Shown: positions 1 through 13,704, numbered from the stretch's first letter. The stretch is DNA of 64,000 nucleotides from Eledone cirrhosa (GCA_964016885.1 OZ024742.1:3720001-3784000); one strand, 5' to 3'. The notes: a model not told the origin generated them from the sequence alone. Numbers and translations: made by a program.

Positions 1-207
1 CAAAGCCAGTCCCACTCTCTTAACCAAGATGATATTTACCAAAAAGAAGAACAAGTCAACATCATTGGATACCATCAGGGTTGCAGGTGTTATATCAGAG
101 TTTTCCATCTCCTAGAATTCTGCCTTGACAAAGGCTAAGGGGTCATCTCTCCCGGTGATTTTGGATGGCCATTGACTCTTAAGAGCTCCTTTGCCCTTTG
201 ACAGGTT
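1..207 (-). mobile_element. RTE-derived element, partial (window edge)
   Basis: Matches 19929-20133. Confidence 0.65.
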
Positions 208-233
208 ATATATATATACATACTACTGTACGT

Positions 234-522
234 CACTTGTGACAATTGTGACAATTATTGACATATAGTGCTGGGCCCATAGTACCATGTGACGACAAGT
301 GCAGAGAGATCTCTAGATATAAAGCAATGCCTGTGCCGTGAAGCTTTTATAGTGAGCAAAGGCACTGCACAAAGCCAGTCCCACTCTCTGAAACCAAGAT
401 GATATTTACCAAAAAGAAGAACAAGTCAACATCATTGGATACCATCAAGGTTGCAGGTGTTATATCAGAGTTTTCCTTCTCCTAGAATTCTGCCTTGACA
501 AAGGCTAAGGGGTCATCTCTCC

Positions 523-525
<3 letters not shown>
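234..525 (-). mobile_element. RTE-derived element, internal fragment
   Basis: Matches 19325-19605. Confidence 0.65.
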
Positions 526-1616
<1,091 letters not shown>

Positions 1617-1632
1617 ATATATATATATATAC

Positions 1633-1752
<120 letters not shown>

Positions 1753-1882
1753 GTAAAAGTTATATTTAAATTGTTGGGATACAACATGCAAATATTTTTA
1801 TAACTGATATAAAGCACTCAACAAATAATTGGAGTAAAAATACGATATTAACAAATGGAAAATATATTTATAAAACTATATT

Positions 1883-1947
1883 TATTTCATTATACATACT
1901 TCAAGGACACCAAGTTAAATTATGGTGTGCTTTCATCAGATAAAATA
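1883..1947 (-). ncRNA. Type I HHR with GAAA>GAAG change
   Basis: Inverted copy of 5106-5170 with A15.1>G. Confidence 0.7.
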
Positions 1948-3137
1948 TAATATAGAGCAGTTTTATAAATAAATATTGACATACCCTTAAAGAATGTAAC
2001 CATTACTGTTGGAAGTTCCCGGATAGTGGGGTTATAACTTTATTGATACTATTATGTAAATTAGTATTGGATATTTTTAAATAAGCCGTTGGGTTACGGA
2101 GAAAGAGAAAGAGAGAGAGAGAAAGAGAACAAGAGAGAGAAAAAAGAAAAAAAGAAAAGAAAAAAAGAGAGAGAAAGGAGATAGATAAGAGAGAGCGAAA
2201 ACTCTATGTGATAGGTTGTTGAGTTATCTTAACATTTGAGATGAAGTGAAAGAGTAAATAAATATTTATTTTTTATGTATGAATAGAGAAATGTAAATAA
2301 TCGTGAATGGAAGATACATATATAATATGGGAATGTTAACCATTGTTTAAATATGATTAAATGTTTAGTTTATCATTTAAATTATTGAGATCTATACATT
2401 AAAAATTGAGATCTATATATTAAGAAATCTATATATTATTATTAAGACTATATATTATTAAAAAATCTATATATTATTAGAAGAATATATTCATATATAT
2501 ACACACGCAGGCACAGATATACATACATATAAATATACATACACGTATAAATATATATACATATATATCTACGTACATAATATATACATACAAAGTATAA
2601 AGGATTTTTTAATTTAAGATATATGAATTTTCATAAACTTATAGATTTTTCGTAGAAAATCTTATCAAATCAGAGAAAATCATTTCTATGTAATATCAAA
2701 GTAGCGTGAAGGAAATTACCTTATTTAGTTATATAAATGTTACAATTGTTAAGATATTAAAGGAAATTTTATGTTATACACACTTTATGTTATTATACAA
2801 TTTTTTTTATATATATATGAGTTTTATATCTAATAAAACTACCTGTTATGTAGTTATGACTGTTATTATATAGGTTTATTTATCACGAACCTTAAGATAA
2901 TCCTTATAAACAAGTGTAATCGAATTGTATGCATAAACATATATATACACAATTCCCACATATATACACACAGACGTACCTACACATATAGGTAGATATG
3001 CATCACACATATATATATACACATACATATACACACATAAATATATGTACATGCATATAAATACATATATATATATACACACACATATATAGAGAAAGAT
3101 ATATATAAATACAGTACATAGTATAATTGAAGTACAT

Positions 3138-3372
3138 AAAATACATAAAATAAAATAAAATAAAATAAAATAAAATAAAAAAAATAAAATAAAATAAAAT
3201 AAAATAATAAAATAAAATGAAATTAGATGAAAAGAAGTAAAATAAAATAAAATAAAATAAAATAAAATAAAATAAAATAAAATATAATAAATATAATAAA
3301 ATAAAATAAAATAAAATAAAATAAAATAAAATAAAATAAAATAAAATAAAAATAAAAAATAAAAAGAATAAA
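3138..3372. repeat. (TAAAA)n satellite inside a PLE 3' UTR
   Basis: Visible pentamer array. Confidence 0.9.
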
Positions 3373-3778
3373 AAGAATTATATTACGATTTGGAAATATA
3401 ATTATAAGCAATATAACTTTAAATCAATACACTTTTAAAAATATTATAGAATATTTCAAGTTATAATTTTAAAATAATAATATGTTAAATAAATTTAGTA
3501 TAAACATTTTCTTCGTATATTTAACGTAATGTTATATCCATAAGAGAAAGAAAGAGAGACTTTCAAAAGAGAAACTTTCGAAAATAGGAGAAACTATCAA
3601 ATAATATTTTCCCCTTTTAAGAGCTTTCAGTATGTTTCTCTAGAAGAGTTTTTTTATATTTATTTATATTTAGGAAGAAAAATTTTTTTACTTGAGAGTT
3701 TAAGCAGTCAAAATGAAGGAATCTAATGATTTATCGATAGGTTCAATATATTAATAGAATTAATTAATTAATTATATA

Positions 3779-4693
3779 TTACATTTTAAAATTATATTTA
3801 AACGTTGAGTTCAATCTATGTCTGCAGCAACTGAATAAATTGTTCCCTAGGTTCAGGGAATTTTTGGTCTTTAATATAAAGAATATTTCCTCTATACAAA
3901 GATCACAATTTTCAGAAGTGGAGTTAAAAGGAGTAGCTTTTGAAATAATATTCCAAAGCAACGAATATTCAACGTTCTTTAGTTTGAGGTCCCATAATAA
4001 GCTAGATAGAGAAGTTGAAGATTTTTTGTTTGGATTCGTAAAATAATATTTATGATTATTGAAACGGGATTTCAACTCTGTGGAAGTGGATCCCACATAA
4101 TTAAATGAATTTAAATTAGTTTTTACATTACAATTATATACTATATTTTTAGCTAAGCAATTGCTATTTAACGGACAGTTAGATTTATTTCTACAGTTAC
4201 ATTTAGCAAATTGGATATTGCTTGGGTTATTACTGGTATTTTGGTTAGGTTTTAAATTTCTATTATTAATTCTATTAATATCTTGCGCTAAATTTTTGGT
4301 GGAAGAATAAGTTAATTTTATAGTATGTCTATTAAAAATTGAGTAATATCTATGTGTTCTAGGGAAGCATTTGTCAAGAGCTTTAAAAAATAGTTTAGCA
4401 ATAGGGGTTTTAATATTTAATGAGAAAGGAGGAGCGAACCATAATATATTCCTAGATCTATTTCTTTTTTTGTTTTCGGAATTATTGTAAGGTTTTCTAT
4501 TATAGTTGTTAAAATTGTTAAAATAGTTTAAATTGTTAAGATTATGGTTAGTTGTTAAATTATTATTATCAATGTATTTAATTTTATTTCTATACCCAGC
4601 TCTACCTAACGCTTCGTTGTAATAATGTGCTTTTTCATCAAATATATTCTTATTAGCTGAAATTCTCGAAATGCGTTGTTGTACAAAGTTCAC
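3779..4693 (-). CDS. PLE C-terminal fragment (RT thumb, CxCx5C linker, GIY-YIG)
   Basis: 304 aa colinear with the 37316 ORF C-terminus: WFAPPFS, CNCRNKSNCPLNSNC, YVGSTST, CDLC, STFKYNFKM. Confidence 0.85.
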   Translation of the reverse strand: MNFVQQRISRISANKNIFDEKAHYYNEALGRAGYRNKIKYIDNNNLTTNHNLNNLNYFNNFNNYNRKPYNNSENKKRNRSRNILWFAPPFSLNIKTPIAKLFFKALDKCFPRTHRYYSIFNRHTIKLTYSSTKNLAQDINRINNRNLKPNQNTSNNPSNIQFAKCNCRNKSNCPLNSNCLAKNIVYNCNVKTNLNSFNYVGSTSTELKSRFNNHKYYFTNPNKKSSTSLSSLLWDLKLKNVEYSLLWNIISKATPFNSTSENCDLCIEEIFFILKTKNSLNLGNNLFSCCRHRLNSTFKYNFKM

Positions 4694-5105
4694 TATAGTA
4701 TTTTTAACGGATCTGGGGTGATTAGAGTTAAAATTGACGTAGTTTAAGTTCTCATTTAGTTTGTGAAATGGATAATGAAGACATGTGTTAAGGTTTAGTG
4801 TTACATCTAGAAAGTTAAATATTTTATGGTTATTCTCTATTTCTACTTTTAGAGTTTTCGCTCTCTCTTATCTATCTCCTTTCTCTCTCTTTTTTCTTTT
4901 GTTTTTTCTTTTTTCTCTCTCTTGTTCTTCTCTCGCTCTCTCTTTCTCTTTCTCCGTATCCCAACGGCTTATTTAAAAATATCCAATACTAATTTACATA
5001 ATAGTATAAATAAAGTTATAACCCCACTATCCGGGAGCTTCCAATAGTAATGGTTACATTCTTTAAGGGTATGTCAATATTTATTTATAAAACTGCTCTA
5101 TATTA

Positions 5106-5170
5106 TATTTTATCTGATGAAAGCACACCATAATTTAACTTGGTGTCCTTGAAATATGTATAATGAAATA
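5106..5170 (+). ncRNA. Type I hammerhead ribozyme
   Basis: tattttat-CTGATGA-aagcacacca...tggtgtcctt-GAAA-TATGTA-TA-atgaaata; 8 bp helix I. Confidence 0.85.
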
Positions 5171-5228
5171 AATATGGTTTTATAAATATAGTTTCCATTT
5201 GTTAATATCGTTATATATATATATATAT

Positions 5229-5853
5229 AGTTTACAGATTATACATTTCTTATCTATACAGGGAGGTCTTTTAAAAGGGTATGCATTGCTAATAACCGTT
5301 TTTATGGAGGTACCTGGTCTTTCTACTATCTTAATATTGAGTTTATGTTTATCTAGGGCCCTTCTAAATTTGTAAGCTAATTCACCTCTAGGGGTTGTAT
5401 TGATGAACATTACACTCTGGTATTTATTGCTATCATACTATGAGATTATTCTATTAACCTTATTCCTGGTTCTTTCTATGCTATTGCAAAATTTGCTCCT
5501 ATACAAGAGGCAGGTACCATTTGTATCATTATTTACCATTTTTTCCTATTTGATTCTGGCTCCTCCATATACTCTGATTTTATCTCTCTGATTGTAACAA
5601 GAGAACTGCATACGGTGGATGACGTGTTGTATGTGTCTCTCTAGTTCTTTGGGGTTGCACATGCGGGACACGTTTCTCATCACCCGTACCAAATCCGCAA
5701 TCAGTCTATTGATTTTGGTATGGTCCGAAACAGCTGAGTTTCGGTGGATCAGATATTTTGAAGTCATGGGTTTGGCATAATGGGAATGGAGGATTTGATT
5801 TTTGTTATTAATGGTATCTAACCAGAGCTCTGTGTCTAGTACAGGTAATCGAT
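5229..5853 (-). mobile_element. Nematis-like PLE internal fragment
   Basis: Homologous to 24920-25540 (MTSKYLIHRNSA, TTPRGELAYKFRR); 3' end joins (TA)n at ...gtaaacTA. Confidence 0.85.
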
Positions 5854-5959
5854 GTTTGGGGTATTTGCCTGGGCGAAGAATTCAAGAGCACACGCTTTGC
5901 CCGTTCCCATGTCGATTCAATTTGGATTGCCTCGGAAATATAACCTTATTATGTAAGGA

Positions 5960-6010
5960 GCTGTCTGATGATGTCACAGCACCTGGGGCACCGAACCATA
6001 TGGTCACTGT
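5960..6010 (+). ncRNA. Decayed type I HHR
   Basis: gctgt-CTGATGA-tgtcacag-cac-ctggggcacc-GAA-CCATATGG-TC-actgt (one core A missing). Confidence 0.5.
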
Positions 6011-6162
6011 CGTCATTGAAATATATATCACAGCATTATCATGAAAGTTCTTCAACATCTGAAACTACTTCACTTTTTCTTATTCGATATATACTCCCTC
6101 ACTCCTATGTGGAAAAAAGTACGTCGAGTGCTTGAATTGAATTGCATCAATGTTTACCTTAA

Positions 6163-6197
<35 letters not shown>

Positions 6198-6198
<1 letters not shown>

Positions 6199-6951
6199 GA
6201 GGTATGTCAGAAAAGTTCCAGGACTGATGTCACAAAAGATTTATTTCAAACCCAATCTTCACACTAAGAGTTTTCTCCTTCAAAGTAATCACCCTGGAGT
6301 ATGTAACTGTAATCTTAGCTCTCTGCACCGATCAAACCTTTTTCTTCATAATGTTATATACATATCCTCTGTTTCAGGTCGTCAAGCAATGAGCACAGAG
6401 CAACGAACAAACTTGAAGTTTCTGGTTCGGTTGGGGAAAACTCCGCCAGAAACACTGGGATTGCTGCAGCAAGTGTATGGAGATGAGACGATGTCACGCT
6501 CACGTGTTTTTGAGTGGTGCAAGAGGGTTAAAGAAGGATGCGAGGACGTGAAAGATGGCCCCAGCATCGGAAGGCCCTCGACAACCAGGACAGTCGGCTG
6601 ACTGTTCGACTGATGGCAAATGAGCTGGGCATGAATCGGGACAGTGTCTGGAATATTCTCACTGAAGATTTGGACATGCCGAAAGTCTCCGCGAAGATGG
6701 TGCCAAAACTGCTGAACGATGACCAGAAGGATCGACGCATGCAAGTGTGCCAGGACATCCTCGAGCGTCTTGAAACCGAACCAGACTTGCTAGGGACAGT
6801 CAACACCGGTGATGAGTCATGGATCTTCGAGTACGACCCGGAGGGGACCCGTTTTCAAGACGTGGACGACATCAAAAAGGCCGTGACGGCGGAACTGCGG
6901 AGGATCCCGGAAGAATCATTCCAGGAGTGCATGCAAGCGTGGCAGAAAAGG
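6198..6951 (+). mobile_element. Internally deleted mariner transposon
   Basis: TA + left TIR CGAGGTATGTCAGAAAAGTTCC; MSTEQRTNLKFLVRLGKT HTH, GRPST, MVPKLL (WVPHEL-like), TGDESWIFEYDPE fused to GTRFQDVDDIK. Catalytic core deleted; right TIR not seen. Confidence 0.85.
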
Positions 6952-7047
6952 TCAGTTAGGTTTTGTAGATGTGTAACTTGTAACTGACTTTGGAAGAGAT
7001 AAATAAAAACACGTCTGTATACTTCAACAGTCCACTTATATATCGCA

Positions 7048-7113
<66 letters not shown>

Positions 7114-7120
<7 letters not shown>

Positions 7121-7260
7121 AAAAAGAGATGAAATCGAAAATGCAACTGGAGTCTTATTTTTTTTTTAAATATATATATTTATTTGGTTCCTAAATATAT
7201 ATATTTTTTTTTTAAATAAGACTCCAGTTGCATTTTCGATTTCATCTCTTTTTCTTTATA
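7114..7260. repeat. Short imperfect palindrome in (TA)n, probable pLTR inversion
   Basis: tataaagaaaaagagatgaaatcgaaaatgcaactggagtcttattt mirrored by aaataagactccagttgcattttcgatttcatctctttttctttata. Confidence 0.7.
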
Positions 7261-7328
7261 CCTTCACTCGTGTAGGACACCTCGGTTGTTTTTCATTTTG
7301 TAAAAAAAACCTCACTTTCTAATATATA

Positions 7329-7364
<36 letters not shown>

Positions 7365-7367
<3 letters not shown>

Positions 7368-8139
7368 CGCTTTGGAATGTGTTTTGCGACTGTTTTTGTG
7401 GCATCATGACCCTCTCAAAGCATAACAATATATATATATCACGATACATTAACGGAGCCATAGACTCTCGCCGTTCCCTGTAAATAATGTGCTCAACGGA
7501 GAGGAAATCCTGAGCTCTTTAAAATACAATATGTTGAAAAGGTAACACACTAGAAAGAGAGATACAGCGCATTATCAATAAAACAGGGAAAGACCACCAG
7601 TGTATGGAATCTATAACCTATCAAAGACAGAGAATAGACACGATAATTAAAAATATAAATTAAAGTGTAAATAAATACCTCTATAACTATATAACACACG
7701 TACAAATCCAAAGTGATCCGTTTGGTTGAGCACACTTCTCTGAGTGGTTTGGGCTGCCCTTTCTAGCAGCTCGTCCCTCAGAGGCCACTGGTTCACTGCC
7801 CTTAAACACGCTGTGACTTCTCTCTCCCACGTGTAGCTGGACGGTCGCTTTAAAAATTCTCTTAGTGTTGTCTGAAATGTATAGCTTTACACACGCTGAT
7901 GAACCTGGGTTATTTCATCTCTATCAACAACTTACTGGCGAAACATATCACTTTGGATTTGTACGTGGGTTATATAGTTATAGAGGTATTTATTTACGCT
8001 TTAATTTATATTTATATTTTTAATTATCGTGTCTATACTCTGCCTTTCATAGGTTATAGATTCCATACACTGGTGGTTTTTCCCTGTTTTACTGATAGCG
8101 CACTGTATCTCTCTTTAGAGTGTTACCTTTTCAACATAT

Positions 8140-8140
<1 letters not shown>
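7365..8140. mobile_element. Inverted pLTR-like pair in (TA)n
   Basis: 7528-7725 mirrors 7941-8140; HHR-like motif 7889-7970. Confidence 0.7.
7889..7970 (+). ncRNA. Type I HHR-like motif with long helix III
   Basis: acacacg-CTGATGA-...ctggc-GAAA-CATATC-actttg-GATTTG-TA-cgtgggt; the inverted arm has cgtgtgt, a perfect helix I. Helix II is decayed. Confidence 0.55.
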
Positions 8141-8212
<72 letters not shown>

Positions 8213-8707
8213 GAACCGATTAAAGTTTAAGCAAAGAATCGCTGCTTTCACCCTTAACGGGATCTTATGAAACTAAAAAAAATCGATCTGTAGACGCAGA
8301 AGTAAATATTTCGGAAAACCTTACAACCGAAGTAAAACGATACTTTGTTTCGTGAAGACGTTCCTTGGCAATGAACAGAAAACACGATGATAAAGTGTAT
8401 GACCAGGAAAAGGAGGAGAAACAAAACAGATAGTCATTGAGGTGTGGCGAAGGATCTTTGACAAACGAATGAATAATTAATAATAAAGGTAAAGTGAAAA
8501 TTATATACTGCATGTATTTCTTTCTATTGGCAATATTGTTAATATGACCAAAGTGAACTTTATTGTAACAAACAAGGCTAAAGTGTGCTGTTTTTAGAAA
8601 TACGTGTTTGTTTAGAAGGTAGGTTATTTATAATAAGTCTGAGTTTAAGATTCCTTTTCGTTAACAGCAGCAACAAAAAGATTACGAGAGTTCACGAAAA
8701 CGTAATA

Positions 8708-8810
8708 TAATTGTTTCTACTTTAGGCACAAGGCCAGCAATTGCCCAGTACATTACTGGTACTTTATTTTATCGACCCCGTAAGGATGAAAGGCAAAGTT
8801 AACCTCGGCG
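8708..8810 (-). mobile_element. tRNA-SINE family A, 3' part
   Basis: ccagtacattactggtactttattttatcgaccccgtaaggatgaaaggcaaag shared with 12981-13050 and 60632-60706. Confidence 0.75.
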
Positions 8811-9445
8811 AGATAATGTTTACTTAGGTCTCAGTATCCTAAGACAATACTTTATAAAACTAAGCAATAACAACTATATCAACAACAATGACAAATACCA
8901 AATCTCTCAGTATAAACATGTAAAATAACTGCTGAATCCTTAAAGAAATCAATTGAGAGAAAGTCTATTTCCTCACCACTCTACCAATTCCACGGACAAG
9001 ATATTAAAAGTACTGCTGAGGCACACAGCGCGTAATACCCAGCTCACGGAACTCTATCCTAGGACGGGATGCACTCCTCCAAAGAGTATATAGAAGTGGA
9101 AATTAACATTTCTGTCTGGGATATAAAAATTTGTTTACTTTTTCGCATACATCTCAATGATATTCTCAATGTACGCGCTTAAAATATTTGAATATAACTG
9201 AACGGTCGTACCATTTAATTTACACAAACTCACAATTTCTGATTTTACTGTGGATTTACCCCTGCGATATATTACACATACACACAGCCTTAAATTTTAA
9301 GCAGCAACATCAGAATGAAATGAAAATCAAAAGAAACAACAACAACAACAACAACTTCAACTGCCACCACCATCACTGCCACCATCCACCACCACCACCA
9401 GCGATCGGGCCTCAAGAAAACAACAACTATAATAATAGTAATTAT

Positions 9446-9580
9446 TCTGTTCTTGGCACGGGACAGCGATTGTCCCAGCGCATTGCTGGTGCCTTGTTTT
9501 GTCGACTCCGTAGGGATAAGGGACAGGGTTGACCTCGACGGGATTGGGGCCCGGAGCGTGGAGGGCCGTAGCTCTATGCT
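9446..9580 (-). mobile_element. SINE family A copy with A>G hypermutation on the plus strand
   Basis: Colinear with 8714-8810 and 12981-13090 but with about 20 A>G changes. Confidence 0.75.
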
Positions 9581-9803
9581 GAACAGTAACACACGGCTTC
9601 AATTATACGAACTCTTTCGTAAGTCAACAGTTGAACACCCTGTTTTCTCCCCCCCACCCCATCACACTTTGTTTTTTTTTTGTTTTTTTTTGTACATTCA
9701 TCCATTCACTCATTCATTTGCTAACATTCTACCTTCTTGTTTGTCCCCTCCATGCACCCCTTATTTTCTCTCTTGTCTTCTGACGCGTCTATATCTGATG
9801 TAG

Positions 9804-12740
9804 GTGAGCTATGAGGCCCTTCCACCCACACACGCCAGCCACTCACCCCCGATATCGTGCGGTGCCCCAGTCCCTGGACCCTGGCCCCATCCCCCATCCC
9901 CCCAAGCCGACACCTGCAGCACTTGCAGCACCATTAACAGACGGAAGAGGGTGCGGCTGCTTCCACCACATCACCTGTGTTGGTTTGACACGTCGAACCT
10001 CCAGTGCCCTCGCAGCGTGGAGATCTAGGAACTGCCTCTTCCCCTCGTCTGCCCGGCCACGCCGTCTGGCACACCATCAAATGAGACAACGAGCTTGCCT
10101 GACGCCCAAGCCTCGCTGGTCATTATCGCTCGGCTCAGGCGGCTCCGGAAGATCCCACTCAGAATTCCAAGAGCGGCTCGGGTGCCGGTAGGCGATGCCC
10201 TCGCATCCCCGATTGAGAGCACACTGGACTCCAATCGAGCCATCGATGGGAGCGACTCTTTTATTTCGCCCAACTCGCCCTCGGCTTCCCCAGCTGTGGC
10301 GCTGACCGGGGTGGCCGGTCGACAACACCCTTCGTCAAGGCCAATGTTTCGTCCTTTGGGCAAGCGCCCTTTCCAAGCGTGTCCAGGGACGTCACACACC
10401 CCGCCCTCGGGTAGGGTACCCACAATCCTCCACCCCTGAGGCAAGCGCCAAGCATTTGCGCGACCGCGTAAATGCTAAATTAATCATGAGTGATGTCTCA
10501 GCCGCAGTCAGAGTGGTTGCCTCAGAGGACACTGTCCTCCAACCCACCGAGGAGGTCCTGGCTGCCCTGCGACTCAAGAACCCTGAGCCACCCGATGATC
10601 TGAGACCCATACACCCACCTGACACCCACCCACTTGCTCCTTGTGGCTTCTGATGCAGATATCATGTCCGCCACTAAGTCCTTCCCAGCTAGCAGCAGTG
10701 GAGGTGTTGATGGTCTCCGTCAAGGCCAGCTCCAGGAGTACCCCTCTCAAGAGTTCCCCTCTCCGCTGAGGCCGGGCGCCGCTTCTGAGGGCAATTGTGG
10801 CACTCACCAATAGACTCATCCATGGCACCCTGGACCCTCACGCCCGAGACCTCTTTTTTTCGGCTAGCCTCACCGTTGTCAGGAAGAAAGAGGGTGTCAT
10901 ACGCCCCATCGCCGTGGGCAATGTCTTCAGGAGGCTGGCTTAAAGCTGCAACTGGGCGTCGGCGTGTCCGGTGCTTGGGAGGGGGCTGCAAATGCAACCA
11001 GGCAGTTCTTCAACAGCTGCCCACCGGAACTGGCATCCAGGGCCTCCAGACACCTAATTGTCAAGGTTGACATGAGGGATGCCTTCAACTTCTTACGCCG
11101 GGACCATCTGCTCGAAACCTGCCTCAGCCGAGCTCCCTCTGCCTACCCGCTGGCCTACCTGTCGTATGGAGCCCCGAGCCTGCTCATTGCTGATGATACA
11201 GTCATAACTTCGGCCACTTATGTCCAAAAGGGCGACCATTTGGGAGCCCTCCTGTTTGCCTTTGGTATCACGGCCCCTCTCAATGTTTCGTAAGGATGAT
11301 GTTATGTTGGGTGGGCCCTTTACAAACTGTCTGCCTTGACCTACAATCAGCGGTTCCTGCCCTGTCAGGAATCGGCCTCCACAACTCCATGTCAACCACG
11401 ATGCTGAGAGCTTTGCAGCCTCCGTCTAGGACGTGCGGTCCATTCTCCACCAGGTACAGGTGACCGCCAAAGAGGATGTCCTCATCCTCGGGTCACTGAT
11501 CCACCTGCCGGCCATCCGCTCCACCATCATGTCCAGGCTTCAACAACTCCAGACTCTCACGAGCCGACTAGGCTTGATCAACGGGCACCCAGCCCTCTTT
11601 CTGTTGAAGAACTGCTTCGCTATGCCGAAGCTCCTCTATACCCGTCGCAGTGCTCCATGCTATACCCACGCATCTCTCTTCGCTGACCTCGATATTTGTA
11701 TCCGAGAAGCAGCCGAGGAGATATGCAACGTCAAGTTTGACGACATTGGATGGCAACAAGCCACTTTACCTGTCAGGTATGGTGGCTTTGGCTTCCGGTC
11801 CCCGATCTCACTGGCTTTGCCCTAGTATCTTTCGTCGGTAACCTCGTGCTGCGTCCTCGTCAGCAGGGTTCTTCTAAACACAGGGTTCTTCTAAACACTC
11901 TGTGTTTATAGAATGTGAGGCCGCCTGTGAGACGTTGACCGGCTGGGACTTAGCCCAGTAGACTTCCCTCCTCCTTCTCCCCCTGTTGATGCCATCCAGT
12001 GCAGCCTGGCCTCAGACAGCCTCACGCGCCAGCTCGACCAGCACCACCTTGCGTGTTTTCGTGCGGCCTCCAAACCCCACAGTGGTGCCTGGCTCCATGC
12101 CCTGCCCTCCTTCTCCACTGGTACGCAGCTAGACAACAATAGCCTACGCATCGGCGTTTCCTTGAGGCTCGGTCCCCGGTTCTGCGAGCCACGCCAATGT
12201 CGCTGCGGATCCACCGTGGACCCTTTCGGCCTCCACCCGCTTTCCTGTCGCCACAGTGCCGGCCGCCTTCCACGCCATGCTGCCCTCAACGGGGTCATAA
12301 AGCATGGCTTGGACGCTGCAGGTTCCCCTTCCCAGCTCCAGCCGGTGGGGCTGGACCGAGAAGACGGCAAAAGGCCAGATGGCATGACCATCTTCCCGTT
12401 CCGCTGTGGCAAACCACTGGTCTGGGATGCCACTTGCACCGACACTTTCTGCAGCCGCGACCTGGTGCAGTCTGCGACTAACCCGGTTCTGCTACATGTC
12501 GGGCTGAGGAGGCTAAACTCCTCAAATACCGGTCGCTACCTCCCTACTTATCACCATTGGCGGTGAGCTGGCCAGCCGCAGGTGTGAGACCCGCGAGTCG
12601 GATTGGCTTTTCCAGCGCGTCATCCTTGCCGTCGTCCGTGAAAACGCCTTCTCCATTCTGGAGGGGGGTGGGGGCATCGCGTAACATTCCATATTTAATT
12701 ATGGTCGGTATGTGTATGTTTATGTTTTGGTTAATAGATA
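9804..12740 (+). mobile_element. Decayed CRE-clade-like non-LTR retrotransposon (RT + restriction-like endonuclease)
   Basis: GC-rich, many frameshifts; RPIAVGNVFRRLA, KVDMRDAFN, VQKGDHLGALLF, QATLPVRYGGFG, zinc knuckle CRCG...HPLSC, KRPDGMT...LVWDATCTDT. Boundaries approximate. Confidence 0.8.
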
Positions 12741-12889
12741 TATGTAGTAGACAGAACGACAATAAAGAAAGACGCAAGAAAAAAGAATTACGTCGTTGTT
12801 TGGAGCGAGAATAACAATTTCTTGCAAAGGCAAAAGCACAAAATCACGTTTAGGTATAAATGGAGTCATTAGACTAATATTATATTTAG

Positions 12890-13140
12890 AAGGCGGTGGA
12901 TTGGCAGTATCGGTAGAGGTTCGGACGTCATGCTTTGACGCATAGAGTTACGGCCCTTTCCATTCTGAGTTCAAATCCCGCAATTACCTAGTACATTACT
13001 GGTACTTTATTTGATCGACCCCGTAAGGATGAAAGGTAAACTAAATCTCGACGGGATTTGAACGCTGACCGTAAAGGGACGTAACTATGCTAGAAAGCAT
13101 GGCGTCCGACCCTCTACCGATACTGCCAGTTCACCGCCCT
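12890..13140. mobile_element. Inverted pair of SINE family A (sense head 12890-12980, antisense copy 12981-13140)
   Basis: A-box-like tggcagtatcgg and B-box gagttcaaatccc, mirrored at 13052-13140. Confidence 0.75.
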
Positions 13141-13299
13141 ATATATATTAATAATAAGGAGTTGACCTTCCGAGCATATTTAACAATCCCAGGACCGCTT
13201 ATTTCAGCGTACTCAATAGATAATGTAGAATACATTCCATAGTATACACATAGTCATTCGATTCAATACAACACACGTAAACGGGCGCCTATATTAGTT

Positions 13300-13410
13300 C
13301 CCGGACTCAAGTTTCGGCCACACTTAATGTAGCAGTAGGGTGCGCAGCACCTTCTGTCTGCATATATTATACAACAATGCATAATCGGCGCATGTGGATT
13401 CATCAGCGGG
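13300..13410 (-). ncRNA. Type I HHR with ~85 nt branched helix II
   Basis: cccg-CTGATGA-atccacat...gtgtggcc-GAAA-CTTGAG-TC-cggg. Confidence 0.65.
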
Positions 13411-13486
13411 TATCGCCTAATCAATAACCAATCGATCGACATATATACATATATATATATATATAACTTTAATTATATATTGAGTT

Positions 13487-13593
<107 letters not shown>

Positions 13594-13704
13594 TCAAGAA
13601 AGAAGAGTGACATGGTTTGCTATACAATAAGGGCTTTATTCATATATATATATATAATCGAAGAATTTGAAGAAAGAGAATCAAACCGTTAAAATATATT
13701 TATA

